A DNA stretch of 64,000 nt from a virus: positions 64,001-128,000 of the IMG/VR virus record IMGVR_UViG_3300042988_001121; one strand, 5' to 3'. Below are positions 1 to 10,700 of this stretch, in pieces. A model generated the notes under the pieces. That model did no database searches and was not told the origin of the DNA. It saw nothing but the letters and a program-made list of their open reading frames with translations. Every line of letters starts with the position of its first letter. The stretch's first letter is position 1. The translations under genes and the position numbers were made by a program.

Positions 1-60
1 GCAAAGATGACAAGAATCGTACCGGATGCTAAAAAACCACGTATAATCGATATCGCTTAA
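1..60 (+). CDS. 3' end of a gene, probably small heat-shock protein (Hsp20), truncated by window edge
   Basis: Frame 1 reads AKMTRIVPDAKKPRIIDIA*, resembling the sHSP C-terminal 'VPEEKKPRKIEI' IxI tail; only 19 aa visible. Confidence 0.45.
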   Translation, partial: AKMTRIVPDAKKPRIIDIA

Positions 61-94
61 CTGAATATCCCAAATAAATAAAGATTTGGGGTTC

Positions 95-319
95 ATGATG
101 GCTAAGAAACAAGACAACCTTGCTGATTTTTTGACTTCACATCCAACTGAGTTGATTAACAACAGGTTTCTTGTGAAAGCGTCTGTACTCAATACGGGCG
201 CTTTCAAACCGACCATAATGCTAGTGATTTATGATCTTATTGAACGTAACTTCAAACTTACGTACTATAATGATGTTGATCTTGCTAGCAACATGATCAA
301 ACTTTTGAAACAAACCTGA
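95..319 (+). CDS. hypothetical protein
   Basis: ORF following TAAATA; ATG at 95 preferred over TTG at 86. Confidence 0.6.
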   Translation: MMAKKQDNLADFLTSHPTELINNRFLVKASVLNTGAFKPTIMLVIYDLIERNFKLTYYNDVDLASNMIKLLKQT

Positions 320-332
320 AAGAACCTTTATT

Positions 333-617
333 ATGATGATCGAAACTTCTCAAGTAGTTATCCCTAGTGATCCAGCAACACAAAAACGCATTCGCGATGC
401 ATGTGCCGAATTCTCTGCTTCCGCTACTCGTGTTGAGGGCGAGAAAGACTTTCAGAAAGAACTGATCAGTTCTCTGGCAGAAGACACCGATCTTCCTAAG
501 AAATACCTTCGTAAGCTCTGTGCTGTGTATCACAAACAGAATCTGGCAGAGGTCGAGGGCGATGCAGAAACAATTTCTGAGATTTACAACAAAGTCTTTG
601 GTGACGATGCCTCTTAA
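333..617 (+). CDS. dsbA: T4 DsbA-like double-stranded DNA-binding protein
   Basis: 94 aa; C-terminal 'LCAVYHKQNLAEVEGDAETISEIYNKVF' matches the T4 DsbA pattern (LLALYHK..R..E.E.EE..ELY..VF). Confidence 0.7.
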   Translation: MMIETSQVVIPSDPATQKRIRDACAEFSASATRVEGEKDFQKELISSLAEDTDLPKKYLRKLCAVYHKQNLAEVEGDAETISEIYNKVFGDDAS

Positions 618-750
618 ACGCATTTAAACCAGTTTTGTGCCGTTTTCTGGACAAGTTGATACCAACACATAGGTAACAGCTAAAAACGGCTCTAATCGCT
701 TTATAATCAATTCGCTGTGCTTCAACTATCAGCACGGAAATGCGGAATCA

Positions 751-3219
751 ATGACCAATCTCTGTTATACCTTCGTTGGAAGGAAATCCAACAAAATACT
801 TTTCCGTGGCTACAAAGACGGAAAACGAATCCAATCCGGCGAAATCGCATACAAACCTTCGCTATACACGCCACTTGAATCTGGCGCTCAATCGGATTAT
901 CAGACCATCTATGGTGAACCTCTGAAGAAGATCGAGTTTTCTTCTATTCGTGATGCCAACAACTTTATCCGTGACTATAAAGATGTTTTCCGTATTCATG
1001 GCAACACTCAATTTGAATATGATTTTCTTCATTCCAATTTTCCTGATACGATCAATGCATCAATTGAGGATATCAATGTAGTCTCTGTTGACATAGAAAC
1101 GAAGGTCACTGACGGAGAGTTTCCGAATCCAGAATTGGCAAAAGAAGAAATCACTGTCATCACCATCATTGACCGTAAGACAAAGAAAGTTACCGCCCTC
1201 GGCACACTTGCTGCTAGCCACGATGGGTACACTAGGTACGCTACTGAATCTGAAATGCTTTTGGCATTCATTGACCACATTCGTGTCTCTGACCCAGATA
1301 TCATTACTGGCTGGAACGTAGATTACTTTGACTTCGCTTATCTCTGTACTCGAATCAATAATGTTCTTGGTGAGTCTGCAATGGAAAGACTTTCCCCATT
1401 CGGTGAGGTCAGAAAAAAAATTGATGTGATCAATGAACGTGAACAGATGCGGTTTGAGATTGTTGGTCGAACTATCTTGGATATGATGGACTTGTATAAG
1501 AAGTTTCGTCTTATCACCCGCGCCTCATATAAATTGGATTACATTGCTGAGATTGAATTGGGTGAGAATAAAGTCTCGAACCCATATGGCTCTTTCCGTG
1601 AGTTCTATGAGAAAGACCCTCAATTGTTTCTTCAGTACAACATTCATGATGCAATGCTTGTTGATCGACTGGAAACAAAACTTGGGTTCGTTTATCTGTC
1701 CGTGGTTCTTGCTTACTTGACCAAATGTAATTTTGCTGATGTTTTCTCGCCGGTTAAGATGTGGGAAAACTACATCACTTCTATTCTGAAGAATGAGAAT
1801 ACATTTGTTGCACGTAAATCCATGAGCAATTCCGGGTTTACTCCAATTGAGGGCGGCTATGTTAAGCAGCCTGTTCCCGGTATATATGAGTGGTTGGTTT
1901 CTCTTGACTTTGGTAGCCTTTACCCAAGTATCATTATGGCGCTCAATATGTCGCCAGAGACATTGATTGATTATGATCCTGAATTTACGGTTGATGAATT
2001 TCTTGCCGGGAAATATGTCGCCGACTCGGATAAATGTCTTGCTGTCAATGGAACGACATATCGAAAAGATAAATTGGGTGTTGTGCCTCGCCTCACGAAA
2101 GTCGTGTTCGATCTTCGTAAGAGCGCCAAGAAAGAAATGCTTTCTAATAAAAGGATGTATGAAGAAACTCACGACATAAAATATAAAGCAGAAGCTGATC
2201 GTTTAAATGTTTTGCAGCAATCTGCAAAAGTTTTGGGCAACGCATTATATGGTTCGCTTTCCAACGAGTATTTTATGTTCTTTGATACTCGAATCGCGGA
2301 AGGTGTTACGAAGACAGGGCAATATCTGATTCGCAAATCAGGTAAAGAATTGTCTGATTATGTCAATAAACTTGTTGGAACAGATAGCGTTGACTATAAT
2401 GTTTACTCTGATACCGACTCGTGTTACATTGTCTGTAATTCTCTGGTGGAAAAATACCTTTCCAGTATTACGGATGAACAAAAGATTGTCGATGCACTAG
2501 ATAAGATCGTTAAGAATAAACTTCAGGTCTGTGTTGATGCTGCTATTGAAGATGCAGCCAAGACAATGAATGTTTATGAAAATGTTCTGACAATCAAACG
2601 AGAAGCCATTTCATCATCTGCTGTATGGGTTGCCAAGAAAAGATATGCGCAGCGTGTGCTTGACAATGAAGACGTGCGATATTCTGAGCCTGAATATAAG
2701 GTTACTGGTATTGAAACTAATCGCAGTAGTACGCCTGACTTGGTACGAGGTTGGTTGATGGATGCAATCAAGATCATGCTAGACACCAATGATGTTGAAC
2801 AGGTGAAGTCTTTTGTTGATAAATGTCGCACTGAGTTCACGAAAAAGCGAGTAGAGGAAATATCTTTCCCTCGTGGAGTCAATAATCTCGCTAAGTGGCA
2901 AGGATATCCTAGTGGAACCCCTATTGCGGTTCGTGCTGCTATGCTGCACAATGATATGGTCAAAAAGAAAAATCTTACTGGTAAGGTAAGAGAGATTTCT
3001 GAGGGCGATAAGATCAAGTACACTTATCTGATCGAACCGAATCCATTGAGGGCAAATGTTATTGGTTTTGTTGACGAGTTGCCACAGGAGTTTGGTCTGC
3101 ATCGTTATGTGGATTACGACAAGCAGTTCGACAAAGCGTTCTTTGGTCCATTGAAGAACATTACCGACGCGGCGTCTTGGAAATTGGTTGAGGAAGCTGT
3201 GTTAGAAGGATTTTTTTAA
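751..3219 (+). CDS. 43: family B DNA polymerase (T4 gp43-like)
   Basis: ExoI DIETK, ExoII GWNVDYFD, motif A SLDFGSLYPSII, motif B KVLGNALYG, motif C YSDTDS. Confidence 0.98.
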   Translation: MTNLCYTFVGRKSNKILFRGYKDGKRIQSGEIAYKPSLYTPLESGAQSDYQTIYGEPLKKIEFSSIRDANNFIRDYKDVFRIHGNTQFEYDFLHSNFPDTINASIEDINVVSVDIETKVTDGEFPNPELAKEEITVITIIDRKTKKVTALGTLAASHDGYTRYATESEMLLAFIDHIRVSDPDIITGWNVDYFDFAYLCTRINNVLGESAMERLSPFGEVRKKIDVINEREQMRFEIVGRTILDMMDLYKKFRLITRASYKLDYIAEIELGENKVSNPYGSFREFYEKDPQLFLQYNIHDAMLVDRLETKLGFVYLSVVLAYLTKCNFADVFSPVKMWENYITSILKNENTFVARKSMSNSGFTPIEGGYVKQPVPGIYEWLVSLDFGSLYPSIIMALNMSPETLIDYDPEFTVDEFLAGKYVADSDKCLAVNGTTYRKDKLGVVPRLTKVVFDLRKSAKKEMLSNKRMYEETHDIKYKAEADRLNVLQQSAKVLGNALYGSLSNEYFMFFDTRIAEGVTKTGQYLIRKSGKELSDYVNKLVGTDSVDYNVYSDTDSCYIVCNSLVEKYLSSITDEQKIVDALDKIVKNKLQVCVDAAIEDAAKTMNVYENVLTIKREAISSSAVWVAKKRYAQRVLDNEDVRYSEPEYKVTGIETNRSSTPDLVRGWLMDAIKIMLDTNDVEQVKSFVDKCRTEFTKKRVEEISFPRGVNNLAKWQGYPSGTPIAVRAAMLHNDMVKKKNLTGKVREISEGDKIKYTYLIEPNPLRANVIGFVDELPQEFGLHRYVDYDKQFDKAFFGPLKNITDAASWKLVEEAVLEGFF

Positions 3220-3229
3220 AAGGAAACTT

Positions 3230-4276
3230 ATGAGTAAATTATTGGATAAAATTTTGAAGGCATCATCTGTTAAGAATACATCTATTCTATCAGAATCAAT
3301 TCTTTTCACTGATCGTGATGTAATCACAACAGAGATTCCTATTATCAATGTTGCATATTCTGGTGAGTTGAATGGTGGTATTCCGGCGGGTGTTAATTTG
3401 TGGGCAGGACCATCGAAGTCATATAAAACACTTGGTACATTGATGTGTGTAAAGGCATATCTGAACAAATATGAAGATGGTGTTTGTATTTTATATGATT
3501 CCGAAGGTGGAGTTACTCCTGACTACCTGAAGAACATTGGTATTGACCCGGCTCGTGTTGTACACATCCCAATTGAACATATCGAAATGCTGAAGTTTGA
3601 TATGGTCAAACAGCTTAAAGAATTAGACCGCGACGACAAAGTTATCATGGTCATTGATTCCATTGGTAACACAGCATCGCTCAAGGAATTGGAAGACGCA
3701 CAGAACGAAAAGACTGTTGCTGATATGCAACGAGCAAAGAGCATCAAAGCTCTGTTTCGTATGATCACCCCTTCTCTGGTCGCAAAAGATATTCCTTGTA
3801 TGGTGGTGGCTCATACTTATGCTGAAATGACCTTGTATCCTCGACAGATCATTTCTGGTGGAACCGGATTGATCTATAGTGCTAACTCGGCTTTCATTCT
3901 GTCTAAGTCACAGGAAAAGGACGGTGATGAAATCGTTGGCTGGAATTTCACCATTAACATCGAGAAATCAAGATTCGTCAAAGAGAAATCTAAACTTATC
4001 TTCACAGTGAAGTATGATGGTGGTATTGATAAGTATTCAGGTATTCTTGATCTTGCAATGGAATTTGGTTTTGTGGTTAAACCGAAAAATGGTTGGTATC
4101 AGTTAGTTGATATGGATACCGGAGAGATGGTTGGTAAGATGTATCGCGCCGCCGAAACGGGGTGCGATGAATTCTTGGGTAAAGTGCTCACACACCCCAA
4201 ATTCGCACAGGAAGTGAAGAAGAAATATTCTCTTGCTGCACCAAAACCTGTTACAATCGAAGATTCAGACGAATAA
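3230..4276 (+). CDS. uvsX: RecA-like recombinase UvsX
   Basis: Walker A GPSKSYKT, YDSEGG, DSIGNTAS..E, ISGGTG. Confidence 0.97.
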   Translation: MSKLLDKILKASSVKNTSILSESILFTDRDVITTEIPIINVAYSGELNGGIPAGVNLWAGPSKSYKTLGTLMCVKAYLNKYEDGVCILYDSEGGVTPDYLKNIGIDPARVVHIPIEHIEMLKFDMVKQLKELDRDDKVIMVIDSIGNTASLKELEDAQNEKTVADMQRAKSIKALFRMITPSLVAKDIPCMVVAHTYAEMTLYPRQIISGGTGLIYSANSAFILSKSQEKDGDEIVGWNFTINIEKSRFVKEKSKLIFTVKYDGGIDKYSGILDLAMEFGFVVKPKNGWYQLVDMDTGEMVGKMYRAAETGCDEFLGKVLTHPKFAQEVKKKYSLAAPKPVTIEDSDE

Positions 4277-4316
4277 ACAAACTAGATCGCTAAAACGCGA
4301 CAACAACTAAAACACG

Positions 4317-5708
4317 ATGCGAACAGAATCCCTTATCTTCAGTCAACTACTCAGCAATGAAACCTATACCAGAAAAGTTACACCGCATCTGAAAGAAGAC
4401 TACTTCCAGACACAGGAAGATAAGGTTTTCTATAAAATCTTTCATCGTTTCTTTACGAAACACAATGCCATTCCTAGTAAACAGGCGATGGCAGTTGAGA
4501 TAGACAATCTTCGTAGCAACGCTGATCTTCATAAAAGTATTTTAAACGTACTGAATGAAACCAGTGAATTCACGGAGTCAATGGAATATCTCGTTGATAC
4601 AACAGAAAAGTATTGCAAAGAACGGGCGCTCTTTAATGCACTAAAAGAATCTGTGATGATCGTTGATGGTCAGAGTAAAATGACACCAGAAGCGATACCA
4701 ACAATTCTTCAACAGGCTCTCTCGGTTTGCTTTAATACAGAAATCGGTCACGATTACATTGATGATGCTGAGTCTCGGTATGATTATTATCATTCATCTG
4801 AATTTAGAATCCCGATGGGGTTGAAAACTTTTGATGATGCGACTAAGGGTGGTATACCAAGAAAGACGCTGAATGTATTGCTGGCTCCGCCTCATGGTGG
4901 TAAGTCTCTTGTTATGGTAAACATGGCAGCAGGTGCATTGGCAGCAGGATTCAATGTTCTGTATATCACGATGGAAATGGCAGAAGAAGAAATCGGCAAG
5001 CGGTTCGATGTGAATCGTTTTAATGTTGATTTTGATACCCTCGAAACTTTACCAAAACAATTGTTCATGAACAAGATCACGGGTATCATGAATTCTAGTC
5101 AAGGTAAGTTGAAGATTCAAGAATACCCAACTGGCGGGGCGCATGCAGGACATTTTAAAAGTCTTATTCAGGAATTAAAACAGAAACAAAACTGGACACC
5201 TGATCTGATTGTTGTTGATTACATGGGTATCTGTTCAAGTGAGCGTTATAAGGCTTCCTCTGGCGCAAATTCTTATACAATCATGAAATCTGTTGGAGAA
5301 GAATTAAGGTCACTTGCAATTGAAACCAATACAGCGATCATTACTGCGGTACAAACAAATCGTAGCGGTGTTGGTAACAGTGATGTTGATATGACTTCAA
5401 CAAGTGAATCTTTGGGTATCCCTGCGATTGCTGACTTGTTTTGGGCTATCATCAATACAGATGAATTGAAAGACCTTCGACAACTCATGTTTAAGCAGTT
5501 GAAGAATCGATATAAAAGTCTCGATGATCCAGAAAGATTTGTGGTTGGTGTGGATACATCAAGAATGAAGTTACATGATCTTGAAAACGCTGTTGCACAA
5601 AAGCCAGCAAAGAAAGGTTCTAAATTAAATACTAACGAAAATCTTAATGTGGATATGTTACACACAATTCCACAATCAAAGGCATCGTTTGACGAATTTA
5701 ATTTTTAA
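4317..5708 (+). CDS. 41: DnaB-like replicative helicase (gp41)
   Basis: Walker A APPHGGKS, YITMEMAE, VVDYMGI, TAVQTNR, KQLKNRY. Confidence 0.97.
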   Translation: MRTESLIFSQLLSNETYTRKVTPHLKEDYFQTQEDKVFYKIFHRFFTKHNAIPSKQAMAVEIDNLRSNADLHKSILNVLNETSEFTESMEYLVDTTEKYCKERALFNALKESVMIVDGQSKMTPEAIPTILQQALSVCFNTEIGHDYIDDAESRYDYYHSSEFRIPMGLKTFDDATKGGIPRKTLNVLLAPPHGGKSLVMVNMAAGALAAGFNVLYITMEMAEEEIGKRFDVNRFNVDFDTLETLPKQLFMNKITGIMNSSQGKLKIQEYPTGGAHAGHFKSLIQELKQKQNWTPDLIVVDYMGICSSERYKASSGANSYTIMKSVGEELRSLAIETNTAIITAVQTNRSGVGNSDVDMTSTSESLGIPAIADLFWAIINTDELKDLRQLMFKQLKNRYKSLDDPERFVVGVDTSRMKLHDLENAVAQKPAKKGSKLNTNENLNVDMLHTIPQSKASFDEFNF

Positions 5709-5710
5709 TC

Positions 5711-6130
5711 ATGCAAATTGCATTTTATAAAGCCAATCGTGGGAATCTTCTGGATAAGCTGATTGGCGTCTTCACGTTTGGAAAATATTCTCACTGTGAA
5801 TTGATACTTGACGATGGTCTATGGGCAACCAGTTCTCCGCGTGACGGTGGCGTAGTGATGCGGTATTTAGAACCATCTGATAAATGGGACATATTTGATC
5901 TATATGTACCTTATGATGTTAATACCGATCTGGTTAAAAAGTGGTTTGATGCGAATGATGGCGATGCGTATGATTATCTTGGTGCATTTGGGAGTGCATT
6001 TGGTCTTGATCTAGTTTCTACTCAGAAAAAATATTGTAGTCAGACATGCGCAATTATTCTTGGAATAGATTCGACCATATCGCCGTCATCACTTTACAGA
6101 AAACTTAAAAAGATCGGATATATCAGGTGA
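5711..6130 (+). CDS. permuted papain-like (NlpC/P60, YiiX/YebB-type) amidase
   Basis: His before Cys: YSHCEL ... YDYLG ... KYCSQ. Confidence 0.7.
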   Translation: MQIAFYKANRGNLLDKLIGVFTFGKYSHCELILDDGLWATSSPRDGGVVMRYLEPSDKWDIFDLYVPYDVNTDLVKKWFDANDGDAYDYLGAFGSAFGLDLVSTQKKYCSQTCAIILGIDSTISPSSLYRKLKKIGYIR

Positions 6131-6939
6131 CTGGATTAAACGACTTCGCTGAACTGATTCGCAAGGCGAACGAAGAAAAAAGACTCAGAGAAGCGGCTGA
6201 GATAGAAAGAAAGAAGACAGAGGTTGCTCCACTTCTGTCAGAACTTTTCGGTGCAGTTGCGAAAGCAAAGGAAGAAAAACAAGAGATTGCTCTGACAGAG
6301 GCTCCTTTATTGGATGAACTCCGAACTGCTCTTGCTGATCCAGAGTCGATTAAGCTAAAGAAGGAAGAAACTAAACAGCAGATTGTTGCGCTGGTTCAGC
6401 AAGTCGAAGAAAAGGCTAACTCAATTTCAGAGATTGATATTGACAAAAAGCTGTCTGAACTCGATGAAAAGTTTCTTTCTCTGTATAAGAAGCTATCCAA
6501 TGAGTTTGAAGTGCTCAAGAAGGTGCTTAATAGCGTTTCTAAGCCGACTTCTACAACCCCGATGTGGGGTAGTACCTCTGGTAGCGGAGAAGTCCGTATA
6601 ACGCGAATGGATGACTTTCAGAACGAGAATCTTGTTAATGGCGCTGCATTGGTGTGGGACTCGGTTCTCAAGAAATTTAAACCTGTTGTGTTAAATACGA
6701 CAGGACAAACACAACAAATTACAGACGAAGAAATGCCATTCTCGAAACGAGTAGACTTTATTACTGATGACGTTCTTTATCGCGGAGAGGCAGTTGTTGG
6801 TGCATCGGAATCTGCGCCTTTGTGGAGAATACGACAGATCACCATTGGTGCCGACAATGACGTAACAGAACTGTGGGCATCTGGTAGTTCTGACTACAAT
6901 AAAGTGTGGGCAAATCGAGCGAATTATACTTACTCATAA
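6127..6939 (+). CDS. putative virion protein: N-terminal coiled coil, C-terminal beta domain
   Basis: K/E-rich N-half; GSGEVRITRMDD..LVWD motif typical of phage structural proteins; GTG start overlapping the upstream stop. Confidence 0.55.
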   Translation: MTGLNDFAELIRKANEEKRLREAAEIERKKTEVAPLLSELFGAVAKAKEEKQEIALTEAPLLDELRTALADPESIKLKKEETKQQIVALVQQVEEKANSISEIDIDKKLSELDEKFLSLYKKLSNEFEVLKKVLNSVSKPTSTTPMWGSTSGSGEVRITRMDDFQNENLVNGAALVWDSVLKKFKPVVLNTTGQTQQITDEEMPFSKRVDFITDDVLYRGEAVVGASESAPLWRIRQITIGADNDVTELWASGSSDYNKVWANRANYTYS

Positions 6940-6940
6940 A

Positions 6941-7231
6941 ATGATCAAATTAGATTCAAACGTCATCATTTTTCACAAGAAGGGTATTCTTTTTGAGAAA
7001 TGGGAATTGACACCACAAACTTGCATAGAACTGGAGTCTCTGTTTAAGCAAATGAACAGTCGCAAAAGACCTGCCGGAGAATATACAATTTTCAACGGTG
7101 AAACAAAAATCATCTTTAACTCGATCACAAAGGCAGTTAATGTCTATATCTCGGGTCAACCAACTATTATGTTGAACAAAGCAGACACAGCAACTATTCG
7201 ACGCCTCATGAAAGAAATTAAAAATGTCTAA
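6941..7231 (+). CDS. hypothetical protein
   Basis: ORF tightly packed in the operon. Confidence 0.7.
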   Translation: MIKLDSNVIIFHKKGILFEKWELTPQTCIELESLFKQMNSRKRPAGEYTIFNGETKIIFNSITKAVNVYISGQPTIMLNKADTATIRRLMKEIKNV

Positions 7232-7763
7232 TCTTACTTACTACGCTCTGTTTGAAAATGGTTCTCCTGTTTCGTTGACAGTCATTGTTGCGGGTCAAGC
7301 TGCTCCCATTGGTTATACCGAAATTTCATATGCTGATTACGAGAATTATCAAAATGACATGGGCAATCTTGATGCCCTTCGTCTTTCTTGTCTAGATCAG
7401 ATTGATGCGCATGCAGGCGATGTTCGTATGGATTTCATAACCTCGGTTCCGGGACAAGAGTCTACCTATCTGATGAAGGCACAGGAAGCACGAGAAGTTA
7501 AGGCAGCGGGTTATGTTGCTGATATGCTGCTATATCCGTTGATTGCAGCAGAGATTGCGGCGCAGAATAACGCTTCTATTCAAGCGGTTGTTGATGACAT
7601 TTTGACTACCGAGAATCAATGGCGTCAACTTGCGGCGATCATTGAAAAGGAACGCAGGTTGGGTAAAATTGCAGTTAAAACATCTACCACAACGGTTGAC
7701 ATTCTTTTAGCAAAAAATGCTGCTCTTGGTGCATTGGAATCTATTCGCGCTACTTACAAATAA
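7224..7763 (+). CDS. putative tail-fibre assembly/chaperone-like protein
   Basis: 'IDAHAGDVRMDFITSVPGQESTYLMKAQEA' pattern; lies directly before a large tail-like gene. Confidence 0.55.
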   Translation: MSNLTYYALFENGSPVSLTVIVAGQAAPIGYTEISYADYENYQNDMGNLDALRLSCLDQIDAHAGDVRMDFITSVPGQESTYLMKAQEAREVKAAGYVADMLLYPLIAAEIAAQNNASIQAVVDDILTTENQWRQLAAIIEKERRLGKIAVKTSTTTVDILLAKNAALGALESIRATYK

Positions 7764-7772
7764 GGCAATTAA

Positions 7773-10700
7773 ATGGCAGCAATTACCGTTGACTCAAATG
7801 CTAACTACGATCTTTGCTCTGGTCAAACGACTGGCGCAACGATGGATACTATTACAGTTAACAACGGTCAATTGTTGGTTAACACTGATACCAAATTTTG
7901 TGCTGGTCATACTACAACAGCCACAGCTTCTAATGGTTCGCTTGATAACGTCACCGTTGCGGCAACCGCAATTGGCGGAGAACTGAAACTTGACGGAACA
8001 AACGTCAAGATTATTCCCTATAATGGAGGATCAGGAACTGCTCCGACACAGATAGCTACTGCACTTGTTCCTACTGCCGCAACATGGTCAGCGGGTCTGG
8101 TGACATTAACATTCGCGGCAGCACATGGTTATCTTGCGGGTGATAGAATCGGTGTCGGTTCGATTAAAGGGCTTGATGAACTGAACGGTTACTGTGGTGT
8201 TTTCACGATCAACACAGTACCAACAACGACCACGCTTACCTATGCCGTTGCCGAGAACCCCGGCACATCAACAATTACTAACGGTAAGGTCATCAAGTAT
8301 TTTACATGTAGTCAGGTACACACATATAACGTAACTGCTGCATCTTGGTCAACTAACACCATAACCTTTACTACAACCGATACTACCTACCTCGCTGTTG
8401 GCAATAGTGTTGTGATTGCTGGTGCTGCACCTACCGGTTATAACGGTACTTATACGATTACTTCAGTTCCTACTTCGACCACATTTACTGTTGCTCAGGT
8501 AACGAATCCGGGTCCATGGACTTCTGGTGGAACAATTACTAAAACAGTTGTTGGAACTTATCTCGGCGCATGGAGTTCGTTTACCGCTGGTCCAACAACA
8601 GCGACTATTGGTGCATCCGGGTATATCAAAGTCAAGGATGTTGTCAACGGTCCATATAAACCCGGCGCATTGACTATTCAGGGCGGAACAACGCCCGTTG
8701 CAAAAGCGATCACCAAAGAAACCACTGGATGGATTGAGGTTGTTGGGGCAGAACTCTCAACGACCCCTGCTACATATAGTATCCCTCGATTGGGTAAATT
8801 TACGGTTACAGGTGAATGGTTCTATCCATTATCATTGCCATTTACTCTGACCACTGGCACAGCATGGGCAGCTAACGTCACCACATACACCACGACCGCT
8901 GCTCATGGTCTTGCTGTTGGGTCAACTGTACAGATTGATGGCGCAACACCAACAGGTTATAATGGTACTTATACCATTGTCAGCGTACCTACTACGACCA
9001 CATTTACTGTTGCTCAGACTGTCAACCCCGGTACATGGACTTCTGGTGGTGCTGGTTATGCACAGATGAAAACTAACGGTGTTGCTCAACAGACAATTCA
9101 GCTTCCTGCCTCGGGCGGTACAACTGTTGGTACAACCCCATATGCAGGGGTTTGGGTGGAAACTTCTCCGGGGTCAGGTACTTACGAATTCTATGCCAAT
9201 GCCTCGAACATGACTGCAACGGCATCACTTTTCGCAACAGATCAATATAGAGGAAAAGTGTGCTACATGGGTGCTGCTGGTCTGTTGAGATTCGGTGGCG
9301 ACGGTACTAACGCATGGGGATATTTGCCTCCTGCCGGTTGTGCAATTCGTTTTGGTAATGTCATTACTGTGCATGCAACAAAAGTTGTTACTAACGGAGT
9401 ATCAACACAAACTGTTCCGAACGCAACACTGACTAATAGACCAAAATTCGTCACAACATCGGCTGGTGTTGTGAATATCGATAAATGGATGACTGCATGG
9501 TATCCGATATTTCAACAGGCTTTCTCGGTCAACATTACCAACACTGGTATTTGTGACAACTTGACGATATCAGAGTGTGCGTCACCTTTTGTTCTTAATA
9601 ACATCGGAACAGGTATATCGGTTATCGCGTCTTCTGCGCAATCGACTGTTCTGAACATATCCGTTTGTTTTGCTGGCGGAACAATCAGTAACTGTTACTG
9701 GAATAAGTTTCATAACGGAACGTCTGGGCAATATAATCAGATTTTATCTGATATTCAGAACCTAACTGTCACAAATGATTTCGGACGTGTGATGACAATT
9801 ACAACTGGCGGTGGCGGTACAGCAAGGAACGCCACCTCTGGTGTAATTTCTCTGACTCGCGTTGCCAATTCTACATGGAATAATTCTACCTTCATTGGCG
9901 GTAGATGTATCACGTTTACTTGTTCTAATCTGACATTCACGAATACTCATTACGCAGACTCAACTGCCGTTGCAACGACTACCACAACTGGTATGTATGC
10001 ATACTCAGTTGAATCTAACTCATCCAACATCAAAATTGATGGGATTGATTTTAATGGATTGTTGAACGTACATCCATATGCCGGATTAGTTGCTGTTCTG
10101 AGTGCGTCATATAATGTTAAAATACGAAATATCGGATCAGTTCTGGCTCCACTTAACTTAGGATCAGCTAACGCATCCGGTGTCGTTATATCGGGTGCAG
10201 CGGGTGGTTCTTGCACCAATATTGAAGTGAAGCGAGTTTATTGTACTAACGCGAGAACAGGTGTTATTGCATCGGCAGATAACAGTTATTCGGGTGTTGT
10301 ACTTGAAAACGTGTGGGCAGGCGCTGCCTTAGCGAACACAAACATCACATTGAATACCTACTTCAAGAATATCGGCGGAACAAACTCGACTACCGGACAG
10401 ACTTCTGTTTATGGTCACACTTGGCAGGATTTCTTTACTCCTGTTGGTGCAACATTGACCACAGGAACTGCATGGTCAGCAGGAACCACTACATATACCA
10501 CGACAGCGGCTCATGGTTTGCTGGCAGGGGATACTGTTACTATATCAGGAGTTGTTGCAACACCGTTTAATGTCTCTGGCGGGTTTAATGGCACATATAC
10601 AGTTGCCACAGTTCCTACCTCAACGACATTCACGGTTGCAATGGCATCGACTCCCGGTACATGGACTTCTGGTGGAACTACCAATCCGTTGAATGGTAAG

